Assembly (NCBI GenBank): GCA_019704295.1
Contig: AP024596.1
Span: forward strand, 1,280,001 to 1,344,000
Direction: 5' to 3'
DNA: 64,000 nucleotides
DNA from: Sulfolobales archaeon HS-7
GTDB taxonomy: Archaea; Thermoproteota; Thermoprotei_A; Sulfolobales; Sulfolobaceae
In this document: in pieces, positions 1 to 11,752 of the stretch
Layout of the letters: the number at the start of each line of letters is the position of its first letter
Numbering within the stretch: position 1 is the first letter of the stretch
The notes under the pieces: generated by a model
The model's database searches: none
The model's input: the letters and a program-made list of their open reading frames with translations, nothing else
What the model was told of the DNA's origin: nothing
Program-made: the position numbers and the translations under genes

Positions 1-617
1 CAAGGAACTCTTTGCCCAGCCCCTTACCGTGAAGTACTACAGTTAACGATAGAACTTACGTTGCTTACAGGGAAGTAAAGTACGAGGGACTCTACTATTA
101 CGACGTGATTTACGTGAAACACAAGGGGAAACCAACGCACTTCGTTTTCCTGTCCAACATCGAGGGAGATCCCTACGAGTTGGCCGAGACCTGCAGGTCG
201 AGGTGACAAATAGAGGAAGGGTTTAAGACGAGGAAGGCTAGAATAGAACTCATAAGGAGATTGTGCAACAAGCTCTTCCTCTACCTGATCTAGCAATCCT
301 CAACACAGCCTGGAACTTGTACCTCTTCCTCTCGTTTAACTTCAAGGCACCGAAAGAAAAGCCCGTTGCGTTTGACCAGTTCGTCAACCTCCTCTAGGCG
401 TTTTCGAGCAGGGGATGGACTATGTACCTCGCTTTGAACTCGTGAGAAAATTTCAGAACTTATTGCGTTCCTTATCCTTAACTTGTAAAATATTCCGTAT
501 CTTGACTAAACATATGATATTGTTACGCCCCTTAAGTTGACTTAATCCTATATTTCTATGTATAAGTCACCCTAATAATATCTTACAAGTATGAGATTTT
601 TTGGCGAAACAAGACTG
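1..617 (+). mobile_element. IS family A (IS4-superfamily/ISH3-like DDE) remnant, 3' part and right end; runs off the window start
   Basis: Near-identical to the 3' half of the copy at 50161-51563. Ends in the terminal repeat ttggcgaaacaagactg at 617. The Y-x2-R-x3-E-x6-K region contains an in-frame TGA. Confidence 0.85.
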
Positions 618-639
618 CTTATGGAGAATATATACGGTA

Positions 640-1330
640 GAAGTAAGGATAAGCTATCAAGGTGTTCATTAATTTGTTGGCCTTCCTACACCTCCTCCTG
701 CATTACGTACAGCAAAAGGTGTTCAAGGCCTTAAGGAAGACGAAATTGATTCCCATAAGCTCTTACTACATAACAATAAAAGAGATCCAAGGACCTTCCA
801 GGAGGCCAGCAGAGAACTCAGAGGTCATGACGCACAGTATTGTTATTAGTACGAAAACGGGAGGTCATTATGTGCTTATTAAGTAGGAGAAGAAGGACTC
901 CAATTTCCTGGAGGCTGTCATGGAAAAGATGAGTTTAGCGTGATAAGCGCTTAGGTTACAACTAATGAGGCAGTAGTTAAGAGCTTTGAGGAAATAAAAT
1001 CCCTGGTAGAAAGAGGTTTAGATATTCCCCGGTAACTAGAGATATCACCTCTATTAGAGGTCGTAGTTCTATCTAGGAAGAAAGTCCATACCAGGCGTGA
1101 TCACCTAATAAGCGTAAGGCAGTGTCCAAGTTTAGGAAGTTAAGCTACAATCTCCGGAGGACTGTTATGAAACGGGCTCTCCTTTGAGACAATCTTCTCA
1201 GTCGTAAAGCGTATCCTCAGGGGGCCAATTATGGGAATAAGTTTTCTAGGACAAGAACTTGAGTCGAAATTCACTTTAGGCTACTCTTTAATCACCCGTA
1301 CGACCAATAAGGTTGTGAGTAAGGGATATG
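640..1330 (+). pseudogene. Degraded IS5-family-like transposase remnant
   Basis: Broken frames give transposase-like fragments (ISTKTGGHYVLIK; FETIFSVVKRIL, resembling the catalytic-Glu region) with many stops. Confidence 0.5.
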
Positions 1331-1520
1331 CGCAGCGAAGCGAAGGAGTAACGAATACGTTAAAATAATTACTGGATAAGCTCTTTATACTATATTATTT
1401 TTTAAATAAATTAAACTAATCCACTAAGCATATGAGAGAACCGTCCTCTTACATGGGTCTTCAGCTCCATTAATTACCGATAAGTTAAAACTTAATAACA
1501 GTTAACATAATGTACTTATA

Positions 1521-3662
1521 ATGAATTCAGTGAAAGTAGTTATTGGAATAATTCTTATTATAATTTCTATTGGTATGATGGAATTTCTTCCCACTACCGC
1601 TAATGTCAATCTTCAAATCCAACAACCAAATACTTCGATACTTGCTAAACTCCCAGCTTTCAGTTTATGTCCGTATACTAATTTTACTTCTACTTATGGT
1701 GTTGAAAAATTCTATACTCCGACTTTTTATCGAGGTCTCATTTTCAACTATTCACTAAACAACTTGTCCGTGGTTACATCTAATGGAAAAACCATCATTA
1801 ACAACCGTTTCAATCCACCACTACAATTCGGATGGGACGGAAACTACACATACGTTCTTAGCATAGGACAGATACTCCTTTTAGATTCTTCTAACCTTTC
1901 TTATCGAATTGTTAATATCTCAGCATATGATAGGTTGGCTTTGGGGAAAGGTTTCGTTTTCCTGACAATTAACTCATCCAGTTTTGCTCTTATTAACGGA
2001 ATTTATATGACGGTAGTACCCTATGAATTCCAGAATTACTCTTCTGATGGAAACAACTATTTCGTCTATCAACCTTATCCGGGATATTTCTTTATACCTA
2101 ATGGTACCAATGTCTTCATTTATGCAGGTCTAAGACCTAGCTATAATATACGAAACGTTCTTTTCTATTATAACGGTGGCATCCATTTCATTGCTTCATT
2201 TAAAAATTTTATTATTACTACCAATTCAACTTTCATATTATTTTCGAACGGATCTCTTGGTGAGGTAAATCATCCCGTTTATTGCCCTATAAAGTATAAT
2301 GGGGGGTTAGCTGGAATAGGCTTTAGTATTAAGGGAAACTCAGTTATACTTTCGTACTTCACGTGCTTCTTAGGACAAGTAAACGAGCGCGGAAAAATTC
2401 CAGTTCAAATCGGTCATTATAACTTTACAGAGAATTTGGGAGTATTTAAGGACTACTTATGTGCTTATGAATACGTTATATCCCCTAATAATTCGACGCA
2501 TGGAGAAATAGCGATAGCTTTCCCAAATTTATCTATAAATATTTTAAACATTACGAAATACGCCTCAGTTCATTTAGCGCTTAGCAACAATAAGGGATCG
2601 GCATACTTTGCATTCCCATGGAGTAAATCCTACGAAAGACTATACTACATATCTCCGCCTAATGTTACGTACTTAGGCACATTTCTAAATGTCACGGAGA
2701 TAGGAGATTTCTTCTTCGGGTTAAATAAAACGTCAGTAGGGAACATTTCAATTGAGTACAAGGGATCGTCGATTGTTAATGTCTTCCCATACTCGCTTTT
2801 CTTAAGGTCAGAAAATATTACCTTTTTTGTATCTATAGGAGATGGAAAAACCATAATATCGGAGTATTATTCCAATGGGACTATCAACCAAGTTCAACTG
2901 AATTTCTCTGCGGTGAATGTAGGCGTATCATACGATGAATCGCTGCTAGTGGTGACAATGCCCGATTATATCCCTTGGAATATTACATATCACCTAAATA
3001 TATCCAGACGGTTTGGAGAGACGATACCGATAGGGCGCGAGGGCGTAGTTGTATGCGGAGACAACGTATCGCAACCTATATTTTTTGAACCTGGATACGT
3101 GTGTGATTTAAATCAAAATGTGACGACCGGAATTGTGAAAGTCACTATACTGTATCAGTTCGGATTCTATAAACGACTAGCCTACAGAACAATAAACACT
3201 TACTATACGGAGACAGGATCCTACCTAGTAGGCGTAAAAAGTAATGTAAGTAAAGTAAACGCAACTATCACGGGAAACTACTTTGGTATAGTTCTAAATA
3301 GTACATTAAATTCTACTATCTTGCTTCCGAAGGGGAATTACTCCGTCGCGTTTTACCCTATTATTTCGAAACCGGTTACTTTAATACCGTCAATAAATGC
3401 CAGTTACATCAACTCGTCCGAAGTACTTTATGTGAAATATACACCATTCACCATAACAACAACCCATAGTACACATAGTATCATAACGCAGAGCTCTATC
3501 ACGACTGCAACCTCACTTGCCTATACGACGGTAGGGGGGGTGTTAATAACAACTAATACTTCTCCCATGACGTTAGATCTATCCAAATATTTACCAGTTA
3601 TAATGGTGGTAATACTGATAATAGTAGCTTTTGTTGTATTTTTAGTACGAGGAAAAAGGTAA
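1521..3662 (+). CDS. Membrane-anchored cell-surface glycoprotein of unknown function
   Basis: N-terminal signal peptide, many N-x-S/T sequons, Thr-rich linker, C-terminal TM helix and basic tail (RGKR). Confidence 0.85.
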   Translation: MNSVKVVIGIILIIISIGMMEFLPTTANVNLQIQQPNTSILAKLPAFSLCPYTNFTSTYGVEKFYTPTFYRGLIFNYSLNNLSVVTSNGKTIINNRFNPPLQFGWDGNYTYVLSIGQILLLDSSNLSYRIVNISAYDRLALGKGFVFLTINSSSFALINGIYMTVVPYEFQNYSSDGNNYFVYQPYPGYFFIPNGTNVFIYAGLRPSYNIRNVLFYYNGGIHFIASFKNFIITTNSTFILFSNGSLGEVNHPVYCPIKYNGGLAGIGFSIKGNSVILSYFTCFLGQVNERGKIPVQIGHYNFTENLGVFKDYLCAYEYVISPNNSTHGEIAIAFPNLSINILNITKYASVHLALSNNKGSAYFAFPWSKSYERLYYISPPNVTYLGTFLNVTEIGDFFFGLNKTSVGNISIEYKGSSIVNVFPYSLFLRSENITFFVSIGDGKTIISEYYSNGTINQVQLNFSAVNVGVSYDESLLVVTMPDYIPWNITYHLNISRRFGETIPIGREGVVVCGDNVSQPIFFEPGYVCDLNQNVTTGIVKVTILYQFGFYKRLAYRTINTYYTETGSYLVGVKSNVSKVNATITGNYFGIVLNSTLNSTILLPKGNYSVAFYPIISKPVTLIPSINASYINSSEVLYVKYTPFTITTTHSTHSIITQSSITTATSLAYTTVGGVLITTNTSPMTLDLSKYLPVIMVVILIIVAFVVFLVRGKR

Positions 3663-3795
3663 AGGTTTCTAAACGTTATTAATACTGAAAGTATAGTAAA
3701 GGTATTTTTGATTTTGTGGGTGTCTGCCGTCAATTCCGATTCTACTTTCATTTTCAACAAGTAATCCCCAAGTTTCTGGAAATACATTATTTTGA

Positions 3796-5340
3796 TAGTC
3801 GTGTTAAGCCAATTTTACTAAAAATGAGACAATTTCTAAAACATAGGAAAATTCCGCTCAAAAAATAGAAATTAGCTAAATTTCCGTTGAAGTGGAGAAA
3901 GGATAGATTTTTATCTTAGAGAAAGGCCCGTAACTTAGTTTTTACACGTATAGTAATACCTTGTGTGTTATCAGGTAGGTAGAAATGAGAACGTTGAAGT
4001 TTAAGCGAGCGATTTCCTAAATCTAGGTATGAGGATAAGCAAACTAGGACAAGTCCCTCGCTAATAGTGGAGAAAGTGTTTAGGAAGATTTCCTCTAACT
4101 TCCGTGACATCATCAGGAAAATTAAATCCCCCGTCCTGGGGAATAGAAGGAGGGACTACATTTCCCTTGTAAGATAAGGGAAAAAGCTAGGGGAACTATT
4201 AGGTGGTACCTTCGAGTTCTGGGAACTGTGCTTGATCTTCTCTGAGACCGCGCTTGGTTTCGACGGGACCTTCCTGAGGGTAGGTGAGATGGAGGTGGAG
4301 ATAGTATGGGACAAACTCTTCTCAGGAAAGGTAAGTGCCGCGGATCTCTTGTCTCCCGTGAGGTGTGACGTGGTTACCCAATTCGCGGCTAGAGGAGATC
4401 AAAAGCTACCTGAGTTTCTTCAAGAATTCATTAACAAGGCTGTACAATACGTTAAACTGAGTTACGTTGTTGCAGACACTGGATTCCTCAACCTCGAGTT
4501 ACTCAAGGAGTTACCAGCGGAAGCCGTGAACAGGTAAAGAACAATTTCCACGGGGAAAACACGTAACATTAAGGATGAGGATAGCGAGTCCCTACAATGG
4601 TTTACTCTTAAAAGGTGCAAGTTTACAAAGAGTAAGAACGTGGAGAAATTCAACGTTGACTTAGGTACCGTTCTAAGCTTGCTGCTCGCATAGCCGTGTT
4701 AGAGACGAAGTGTATAGTGTCTTAAAGGGAGGGAAGGAACTCTTTGCCCAACTCCTTACCGTGAACTACTACATAGTTAAGAACAGAGCATACGTTACCG
4801 ACAGGGTGATAGAGTACAAGGGACTCTACTATTACGATGTGATTTACGTGAAACACAAGGAGAGACCAAAGCACTTTATTTTTATATCCATCATCAAGGG
4901 AGATCCCTACATGTTGACCAAGACCTACAGGTTGAGATATTGAGCAAGAATTTAAGGCGAGAAAACGAGGATTGAACTCATCAGGAGGTTGTGCAATAAA
5001 CCCTACCCGATCTACGCGCTCCTCGACACTTCCTGTAACTCGTATCTCTTCCTTTCGTTTAACTTCAAGGCAATGGGGAAAAGCCCCTAGCGTTTGAATG
5101 ATTCGTCAATCTCCCCTAGGCTTTTTCCAGCTTCAGGGTAGACTACGTACCTCGCTTTGACCTCGTGAGATAAATTCAGAACTTCTTGTGTTTGTTACTA
5201 TTAACTTGAAAAATATATCAGATTTTTACTAAACATATCATATTGCTACGCATCTTGAGTTAACTTAATCCTATATTTTCATACACTAATTACCCTAATA
5301 ATATCTTACAATCATGAGATTTTTTGGCGAAACAAGACTG
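3796..5340 (+). mobile_element. IS family A, full-length degenerate copy with a nested fragment (about 4535-4715) of another IS
   Basis: Collinear with 50161-51563. Degenerate left TIR at 3796 and right TIR ggcgaaacaagactg ending at 5340. The transposase is split over ORFs 4232-4537 and 4710-4943. The insert resembles 11410-11590. Confidence 0.85.
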
Positions 5341-5344
5341 TAAT

Positions 5345-5690
5345 AAACTATTTTGTGGTCTGTCGTGGGAGGGGAGAGGGATCCCTCCTAGAAGGATCAC
5401 CGTTCCTACCATCGATTCGGGGCTACATCTCTTTGAGGCACGGAGGTCGCCAGAACTCCCCTCATCTGAAAGAGGGGGCCCGTCATACAATGACTTTGGT
5501 TCCCGTGATAATAATGAAGCACGATGATAACAGTTGTTCCTAACGCACTCCCACTAACTCTCCCCAATCGAGTTTGAAAGGAGCACCGTTAGCTTACTGT
5601 AAGGTATCTCGATAAAGGGTACTTACGTAAGGGCTATCTCTGGTATGAAGTCTTGGGCCCCTTAACCTCGATTTCATAAATTACTTCTCT
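5345..5690 (-). mobile_element. IS200/IS605 tnpB 3'-end remnant
   Basis: Minus strand reads ggggagttctggcgacc...cctcaaagagatgtagccccgaatcgatgg, resembling the PQMRDVxPNRW tail of Sulfolobales TnpB. No intact ORF. Confidence 0.5.
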
Positions 5691-5705
5691 ACTCAACAAC
5701 TTATT

Positions 5706-6221
5706 TTATCCAACTAACCGTATGTATACTCCACTTATGTTCAGGTAAAGTATACCTCCAGTGTTCTGAGTTATTCCTCCGGAAGCCCCTATAGGAACGA
5801 CTAACCAATATATTACCCTGGGATATATCGTTAGGGGAAAAGTCACTTGTTGTTTATTAATTGAGTTATAGCCCTGAGAATAATTACATATATAATAGGT
5901 TCCCGTTAGCGGGGATAGTTTCCCGGTTTTAGGATTATACAGTAGAATATTGCTCACGCGTACTAGAAAATTTCCAACATCTTCAAAATAATACACGTAG
6001 TAACTACTGTTGCTATATACGTTAAGCGTTACTATTATTTTTCCCGAACTTATTATTGATTTTTCAACTGAGGATGAGATCCCCGCTCTATCGACGTAAT
6101 ATTCCCTAAGGAAATAGTAGTACGCATATCCCATCGCCATAAGGGTTATCAATATGAGTAATACCGATGCAACTGTTTCTGATACGGCGACTCTGCTTCC
6201 ATTTTTCTTTTCGACTCTCAT
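5706..6221 (-). CDS. Archaeal type IV pilin-like protein (171 aa)
   Basis: Basic leader then A|VSETVASVLLILITL, and a pilin-head motif EDVGNFLVRVSNI. GGTGA RBS upstream. Third gene of an operon. Confidence 0.8.
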   Translation of the reverse strand: MRVEKKNGSRVAVSETVASVLLILITLMAMGYAYYYFLREYYVDRAGISSSVEKSIISSGKIIVTLNVYSNSSYYVYYFEDVGNFLVRVSNILLYNPKTGKLSPLTGTYYICNYSQGYNSINKQQVTFPLTIYPRVIYWLVVPIGASGGITQNTGGILYLNISGVYIRLVG

Positions 6222-6230
6222 CCGATCACC

Positions 6231-6680
6231 CTATATCGAACTATAGTACTCATTTCCGTACATGGTTGTCACTATAATTCCCTGTAAATTGGGGTATTCT
6301 GATAAGTTAATGATAGTTGTCAACCTCTGTTGAGGGCTAATACATCTGCCCACCAAATTACTGGTTATAGCTATGAGAGATCCGTTTTGAACACCATTAA
6401 CCTCTGAAACGCCGAAAATCCCGGTGATTTTAGTTTCTATCGGTCCGTTATTAATTACGTTAACTACAATTGCTGGAGAACCGTCAACCGTTTCCTCGCA
6501 CAGTATAACTAATAAGCTCTCTCTATGCTTTAATACCTTCACTTCATCTATACACTTATATTCGTTGTTCACTTGAGATATTATCATCTGAGCATAAAGT
6601 ATTGACGATAAGGTTATAAGAAATATTCCAATTACGGCTATCATAACAATTATTGAACTTTGGGCTCTCTTGATTGACAT
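6231..6680 (-). CDS. Archaeal type IV pilin-like protein (149 aa), Gln at +1
   Basis: KRA|QSSIIVMIAVIGIFL class III signal. Head motifs INNGPIETKITGI and IVTTMYGNEY. GGAGGTG RBS. Confidence 0.85.
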   Translation of the reverse strand: MSIKRAQSSIIVMIAVIGIFLITLSSILYAQMIISQVNNEYKCIDEVKVLKHRESLLVILCEETVDGSPAIVVNVINNGPIETKITGIFGVSEVNGVQNGSLIAITSNLVGRCISPQQRLTTIINLSEYPNLQGIIVTTMYGNEYYSSI

Positions 6681-6682
6681 GG

Positions 6683-7204
6683 TTACACCTCCACGTAGAA
6701 TCCATCACTCTTAAACAACAGTTGGTTTCCTACTACTTTTCCGTTTATCAGCACTTTTGCCCAATACACGATATTAGGCAACAGAAGAATATAATTATTA
6801 CCGTTAATGAAAATGGGATCTACCTGACCTTTATTATCACAAAAGGTTATCGTACCGTAATACCGCGAGCTACTTGTTGACCCTAGGTTAGTAATTGAAA
6901 GGGGTAAAAGTTCCTTGCTACCGTTTCCCATACACGCAGCAAGAACGTATACAGGTAAATTCGACGTATCCTCTATGTAAAAGGTGGCATTATATTGACA
7001 TGGATTTGTGGTAGAATTGTAAAAGTAAACCACTGTAAGGAGTTGTCCTCCCTCTTGAATTATTTCCCTCTCTTTCATTAACATACCACTGACAGCTGCA
7101 GGAACTCGCGAACCGAAATAATAAAGCACGAATGACATAGCTGCTAATATAATAAGTATTAGAAGCATGGTGGATATTAGTTCTGAGACTCCTCTGTTTA
7201 ACAT
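6683..7204 (-). CDS. Archaeal type IV pilin-like protein (173 aa)
   Basis: Canonical class III signal MLNRG|VSELISTMLLILII. AT-rich TATA-like element about 25-30 nt upstream. Confidence 0.88.
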   Translation of the reverse strand: MLNRGVSELISTMLLILIILAAMSFVLYYFGSRVPAAVSGMLMKEREIIQEGGQLLTVVYFYNSTTNPCQYNATFYIEDTSNLPVYVLAACMGNGSKELLPLSITNLGSTSSSRYYGTITFCDNKGQVDPIFINGNNYILLLPNIVYWAKVLINGKVVGNQLLFKSDGFYVEV

Positions 7205-7600
7205 TAAATTTATTTACGCAAAGGGAATATATATGCTTTAATTAACATTACGATGTATCCATTTAGTTATTAAGAGCTTCGAAGCTTTTGATATTTTACG
7301 TATAAGAAGTTGATAAAGGCGTTAACTCTCCCCAGTTTCAGTGAGACCGTTATTAGGAATTTAGTAAAAAATTATTATACTTTAACGTAATTTAAAAGTT
7401 ATTATCAAACCTAGAGCACCCCCCTGAACGAATTTCAATAAATTGAAGAGCCTCCCCACATTCTTAAAGTTAAGAAAGCCTCGGCCTATGAATCAACTTA
7501 CGCTCATTCCTGAGGTCGCTTCATCAACATTTTCCGAAATAATAAGTCCTATCAAAATAAATTGGATAAACTTTATATTCAGGTAGGTTGCCCTACTCTT

Positions 7601-9844
7601 ATGAAAACTGGTAGAATTGAGTACGACTGTATCTTTAAGGGCATCCTAGCTCTTACGTTAATAGTGCTCTCTGTTATACCGATTTACGCCATCGCTCAAA
7701 ATAACGGTAATTCAACTTCGTATAAGTTGACAGAGTTCTGCGAACAGAGTTACGATTACAAACACGGGAGGATAATTTACGATTCCGCTCTTAATGCAAT
7801 AGTAACTTACGAGCACTATTCGCAAGGATTTATAATAACTTATCTGAGTAACCATTCAAGCTATTTCGTTGGCGTTAATGGTTCAGTGTGTTACGTCTTC
7901 TTTGATCGGCATAATTCTCTACTTTACGTTCAAACTAACAACGCACTTTGCGTCTATAACGGTGATAAGGTAATAAAGGCGTTAAATTCGTTAGGCGGCC
8001 TTAACTCGAACTCGAGTTTTGAATTTTGCTACTCAGCTGTAGATACTTCAAACGGTGAAATCTATGCTCTCGTGGCTACGTATATTTATCCTAATGAAAT
8101 AGTGGCTATAAATCCTAACAATTACTCAGTGATGGTGAAAAAAATATCGTCATCAGGGCTGTCCACTTTTCTAAACTCCATAGTATATGATAGTTACAAC
8201 AATAAGTTGTTCGTATTGGTGGATAGGAACGGAAATAGAGGACAGATTTACTCCGTAAATCCGTCCAATCTTAACTTAACCCTAATTGCAAATACATCAA
8301 TTGGATTTGCGATGGGATATTATAAGGATAACCTTTACGTTTTTGTGGAGAACACCTCCCCGGGAAATTGTACTGTGGATGTGGTTAACACGGTAACGGG
8401 AAATGTTACTCCAACTAACTTGAAACTTCCCTCAACTAATCTAGCAATAAGCTTACCTAACGGAGAAATATACGCTGGCACGAGTAACGGTACGTATGTG
8501 ATAAACGCAAATACCACCAGTATAGCGGCGGAAATACCAGTGACTCCAAACATTCTCTCCGGAATGGCCTACGATCCCAGCAACGACCTCGTTTTCATAG
8601 ACGGTACGAACCTTTTCTTGATAGCTGAAGTTAATCCCGTGAGTAATAGCATAACCGGATACCTCAATGCCTATCCGGTGGAGCCAGATTCTATGGTGTA
8701 CTTGGGGAACTCGATGTTGTACTTGGGCACGCCTAACTCGCATTACCTTTATCAGGAACAGCTTTCCCCATTAAGGATTATAAATCTCTTCGGACCATTC
8801 AGCAATCGCATAACGTCGATAGTGTATGATCCTGAGAACGGTTATCTTTACATAGGCCTGTATCACGATGAAATAGTTGTATTCAATCCCTCTAACGACT
8901 CCGTGGTAAAGGAAATCTCGTATTATCCAGATTTCGCTCTCACTAATTGCCTTGATTACATTCCCTCACTGAATGAGGTAGTGGCGACTACTTCTACGGG
9001 TGTAGTTGGAGTAAACGCTACAGATAACTCGGTGATTTACGAGTTCAATACGACTTTCAATCCAACGCAGATAGCTTACGACCTAAGCAACAACAACATA
9101 TACTTAGCAACTCAGGTGCATGATGCCATTTGCGTAATAAACGCTAAGAACGGAAGCAAGGTTGGAACTATAAACCTAGACGTCTCAGCAATACCGGCCA
9201 TAGCTTACGATCCCAATACCAGTTATATTTACGCGGCAACGAGTAATCCATCGTACTTTGACGTGATTAACGCTGACACTGGGAGAGTAGTATACAACGT
9301 ATCTATAGGTTTCAGCCCTAACAAAATACTGTACAATCCAGTAAATAAGTTAATTTACTTACTAGGTACCAGCGGTAACGGCAGCGGTGTAATAAAGGTC
9401 TTTTACCCATACGGATTTTACTTCATCTCCACTATAGGGATAAAGGGTAGTCCGGGGGCATCGGTAATAATTCCTCAAACCGGATGCTTATTAATTACGT
9501 CCTCAGCCGTAATAACTGAATATCCAACCTTAACTTACTTCAACATGTTATCACTAACGCAAGTAGTAACTCAAACAACGTCTCAAACTACGACACAGAC
9601 TACCACTCAGAGCAACACTCAGACTACTACTCAGAGCAACACTCAGACCTCGACCCAGACTTCATCGCAAACGACAGTTGAGCAAACTTATACGTCTCAA
9701 ACTATTTCTAGCACCTCCACACTGACCTCCCCTAAGCCTCCTACAGTGACCTCAAGAAGCTCCTTTAATCCACTTTTAATAGCTATCGTCGTTATTGTGC
9801 TCCTTATCATCATAGGAATAATCCTCATCTTAAGGAGAAGATAG
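7601..9844 (+). CDS. Membrane-anchored YVTN/YncE-like beta-propeller surface protein; paralog of 51660-53915
   Basis: Repeated (I/M)(A/V)YDPxNxxLY blades, signal peptide, T/Q-rich stalk, C-terminal TM plus RRR. Start moved from 7562 to the ATG at 7601, based on TATA spacing and alignment to the paralog. Confidence 0.88.
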   Translation: MKTGRIEYDCIFKGILALTLIVLSVIPIYAIAQNNGNSTSYKLTEFCEQSYDYKHGRIIYDSALNAIVTYEHYSQGFIITYLSNHSSYFVGVNGSVCYVFFDRHNSLLYVQTNNALCVYNGDKVIKALNSLGGLNSNSSFEFCYSAVDTSNGEIYALVATYIYPNEIVAINPNNYSVMVKKISSSGLSTFLNSIVYDSYNNKLFVLVDRNGNRGQIYSVNPSNLNLTLIANTSIGFAMGYYKDNLYVFVENTSPGNCTVDVVNTVTGNVTPTNLKLPSTNLAISLPNGEIYAGTSNGTYVINANTTSIAAEIPVTPNILSGMAYDPSNDLVFIDGTNLFLIAEVNPVSNSITGYLNAYPVEPDSMVYLGNSMLYLGTPNSHYLYQEQLSPLRIINLFGPFSNRITSIVYDPENGYLYIGLYHDEIVVFNPSNDSVVKEISYYPDFALTNCLDYIPSLNEVVATTSTGVVGVNATDNSVIYEFNTTFNPTQIAYDLSNNNIYLATQVHDAICVINAKNGSKVGTINLDVSAIPAIAYDPNTSYIYAATSNPSYFDVINADTGRVVYNVSIGFSPNKILYNPVNKLIYLLGTSGNGSGVIKVFYPYGFYFISTIGIKGSPGASVIIPQTGCLLITSSAVITEYPTLTYFNMLSLTQVVTQTTSQTTTQTTTQSNTQTTTQSNTQTSTQTSSQTTVEQTYTSQTISSTSTLTSPKPPTVTSRSSFNPLLIAIVVIVLLIIIGIILILRRR

Positions 9845-10114
9845 TCAACTAAAGCATAAACATTCAATTTACCATAACAATTACTTTTTCCCCTAACTAA
9901 GGTATCAAATAATCGAGATCTGACTAAACTTCGATTTTCATATACCGCTGAATACTTCAAGCTTAAAGAGTCGGTAAGGAAGTTTAACTTCTCGTAATTC
10001 TGCATATTATTGTTGTGATTAAGTATTTTAGGTCAGGTTATTATATATTAAATTTAGTTTTTAAAATAAATTATATTTATAATACATAAGACATTATTAC
10101 GTGTCTTTTCTCGT

Positions 10115-11232
10115 GGAAGTTAGGTTGAAAGAGTAAATCCCTTTTGGAGTGCGAGGAAATCCTGAGTAAGATACAGGACGTAATTGTCAGGGAGTTCAAG
10201 GACCGCGAGTTCTCCAAGTATGAACGCGGTCTACTTGAGATGCTGATCGTGAGGGTACTTTTCGGAAAGTCGTTTAGGGGAGTAATTGAGCTTGCGGTTA
10301 CCAATGAAGTGGTCAAGGTTTTCCTCGGCGTAAAAGAGGTTCCCTCGAGGTCCTCTTGAACTGGTTTGTGTATGAATACGAAGATAGAATTAGGGATCTG
10401 CTTCTCAAGGTCTTCAGGAGATTGGAGTCTCACGTTAACGAGGAGCAACCTCCACCACTTCCTAGCTAAGGAGAAGTTCAGAAGGCAAAGGTTGATGGAC
10501 AGCTTTCCCGTGGAGCTTCCTCACGGGGAGAAGATCGTGGAAACGCACAGAAACTTGTACTGGATCTCAGGGAAATTGATCCAAGGAGGAAACCTCATGA
10601 AGTACTTGCGACGCTCGATGAGAGGAAAAGGGATCAACTTTTCTCTCATTTCCGAGGAATTACACCCTTGGGGACATGAGGGAAGCTGGGGAAAGAAGTG
10701 AGGCAGAGCCTGGTTCGGAGGGAAGTGCTTCGCCGGGTTCTCCTTAAGACCCTCATGGTTTGCAAGGTTAAGATAGTTCCGGCTAAAGTTTCAACTTTAA
10801 GTCTCCCGTTTGCAACGTGATCACGCTTGTAGACAGAGGGTTTGCAGAGAAAGGCAAGGTGATCAGAGTCAAGAGGGGCTTTGGTGTACTGAGAGGTGGT
10901 GTAGAGTTCTTTGACACTTTCCTCAGAACATGAGGCCTTACGCGAGGAGCATGAGGGGATTTAACGTCTTTGCCAACCTACTCGGCCTGGCTTACAATAT
11001 TCAGCGGTTTAGCTCCGTTAGAAAGCGCTGAAATCTCCACTTAAAACCCGGCTAGAGAAGCTCGTCCCTAGCCTTGATTCTCGAAAAATCGAGATTACTT
11101 GCAAGTGTACTTAATAAACTAGTTTTATATTGTTTCTTCACTAGTAATTAAGCGAATTTAATTCTAGATTTACGTGTTTTATAACCTTTTAGTTTATTTA
11201 GTTATTCACTTTAATTACACATTGGACACTGT
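10115..11232 (+). mobile_element. IS family B (IS982-like DDE), frameshifted, left end missing
   Basis: Inverse copy of 54523-55786. Fragments MDSFPV, VDRGF, GVEFF...YARSMRGF...LAYNI. Right TIR cattggacactgt followed by CTCGAG. Confidence 0.8.
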
Positions 11233-11238
11233 CTCGAG

Positions 11239-11746
11239 CTCAATTACTCCCTTATACGACTAACTGAAGAGTATTATGACCATAAGCATCTTCAGGCAAG
11301 TCAGGATTTCATGTTCAGAGAACTTAGAACCCCTTAACCCCCTTTCAATCTTCTTCTTTAACTCCCTTAAGATGTCCTTGAGATTCGAAAGGTATTTACT
11401 CTTCCAGTCCAAGTACTTCCGCGGGGAAAAACACGTAGCACTACGGATAAGGATAGCGAATCCCGACAATGGTTTAGTCTCAAGAGGTCTAAGTTTGTCT
11501 AGAGCAAGAACGTCAAGGAATACAATGTTGATCTAGGTACCATTCGAGATTCATGTTCCCATAACTGCGTTAGAGATGAGGCATGTTGCGCCTTTAAGAG
11601 ATTACGTCCTAGTATGTGTAGATCACGGTATAACCTAGGCGTAATTCCCCTTAAGTATTATCCCGTTAGTTAAGTTCTTAGCGTTTATTTTTCCCGCAAA
11701 AATTTACTTAATAAACTAGATTACATTATTGCATATTGGACACTGT
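11239..11746 (-). mobile_element. IS family B-related element, left end and 5' transposase fragment
   Basis: TIR attggacactgt ends at 11746 and is followed by CACGTA. ORF fragment DWKSKYLSNLKDIL...KMLMVIILF resembles the family B N-terminus. Interrupted by the preceding copy. Confidence 0.7.
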
Positions 11747-11752
11747 CACGTA

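Noticed and set aside
1521-3662. S-layer (SlaA/SlaB) assignment
   Set aside because: Generic anchored-glycoprotein features only, with no slaAB pair or coiled-coil stalk.
5706-7204. Archaellum, Ups or Bas operon call for the pilin genes
   Set aside because: No ArlH/I/J, ATPase or TadC-like gene is in the window, and I cannot match the sequences to named pilins.
7555-7585. Shared GATAA motif upstream of several surface genes as a regulon box
   Set aside because: It sits directly before the TATA box and fits the ordinary BRE consensus.
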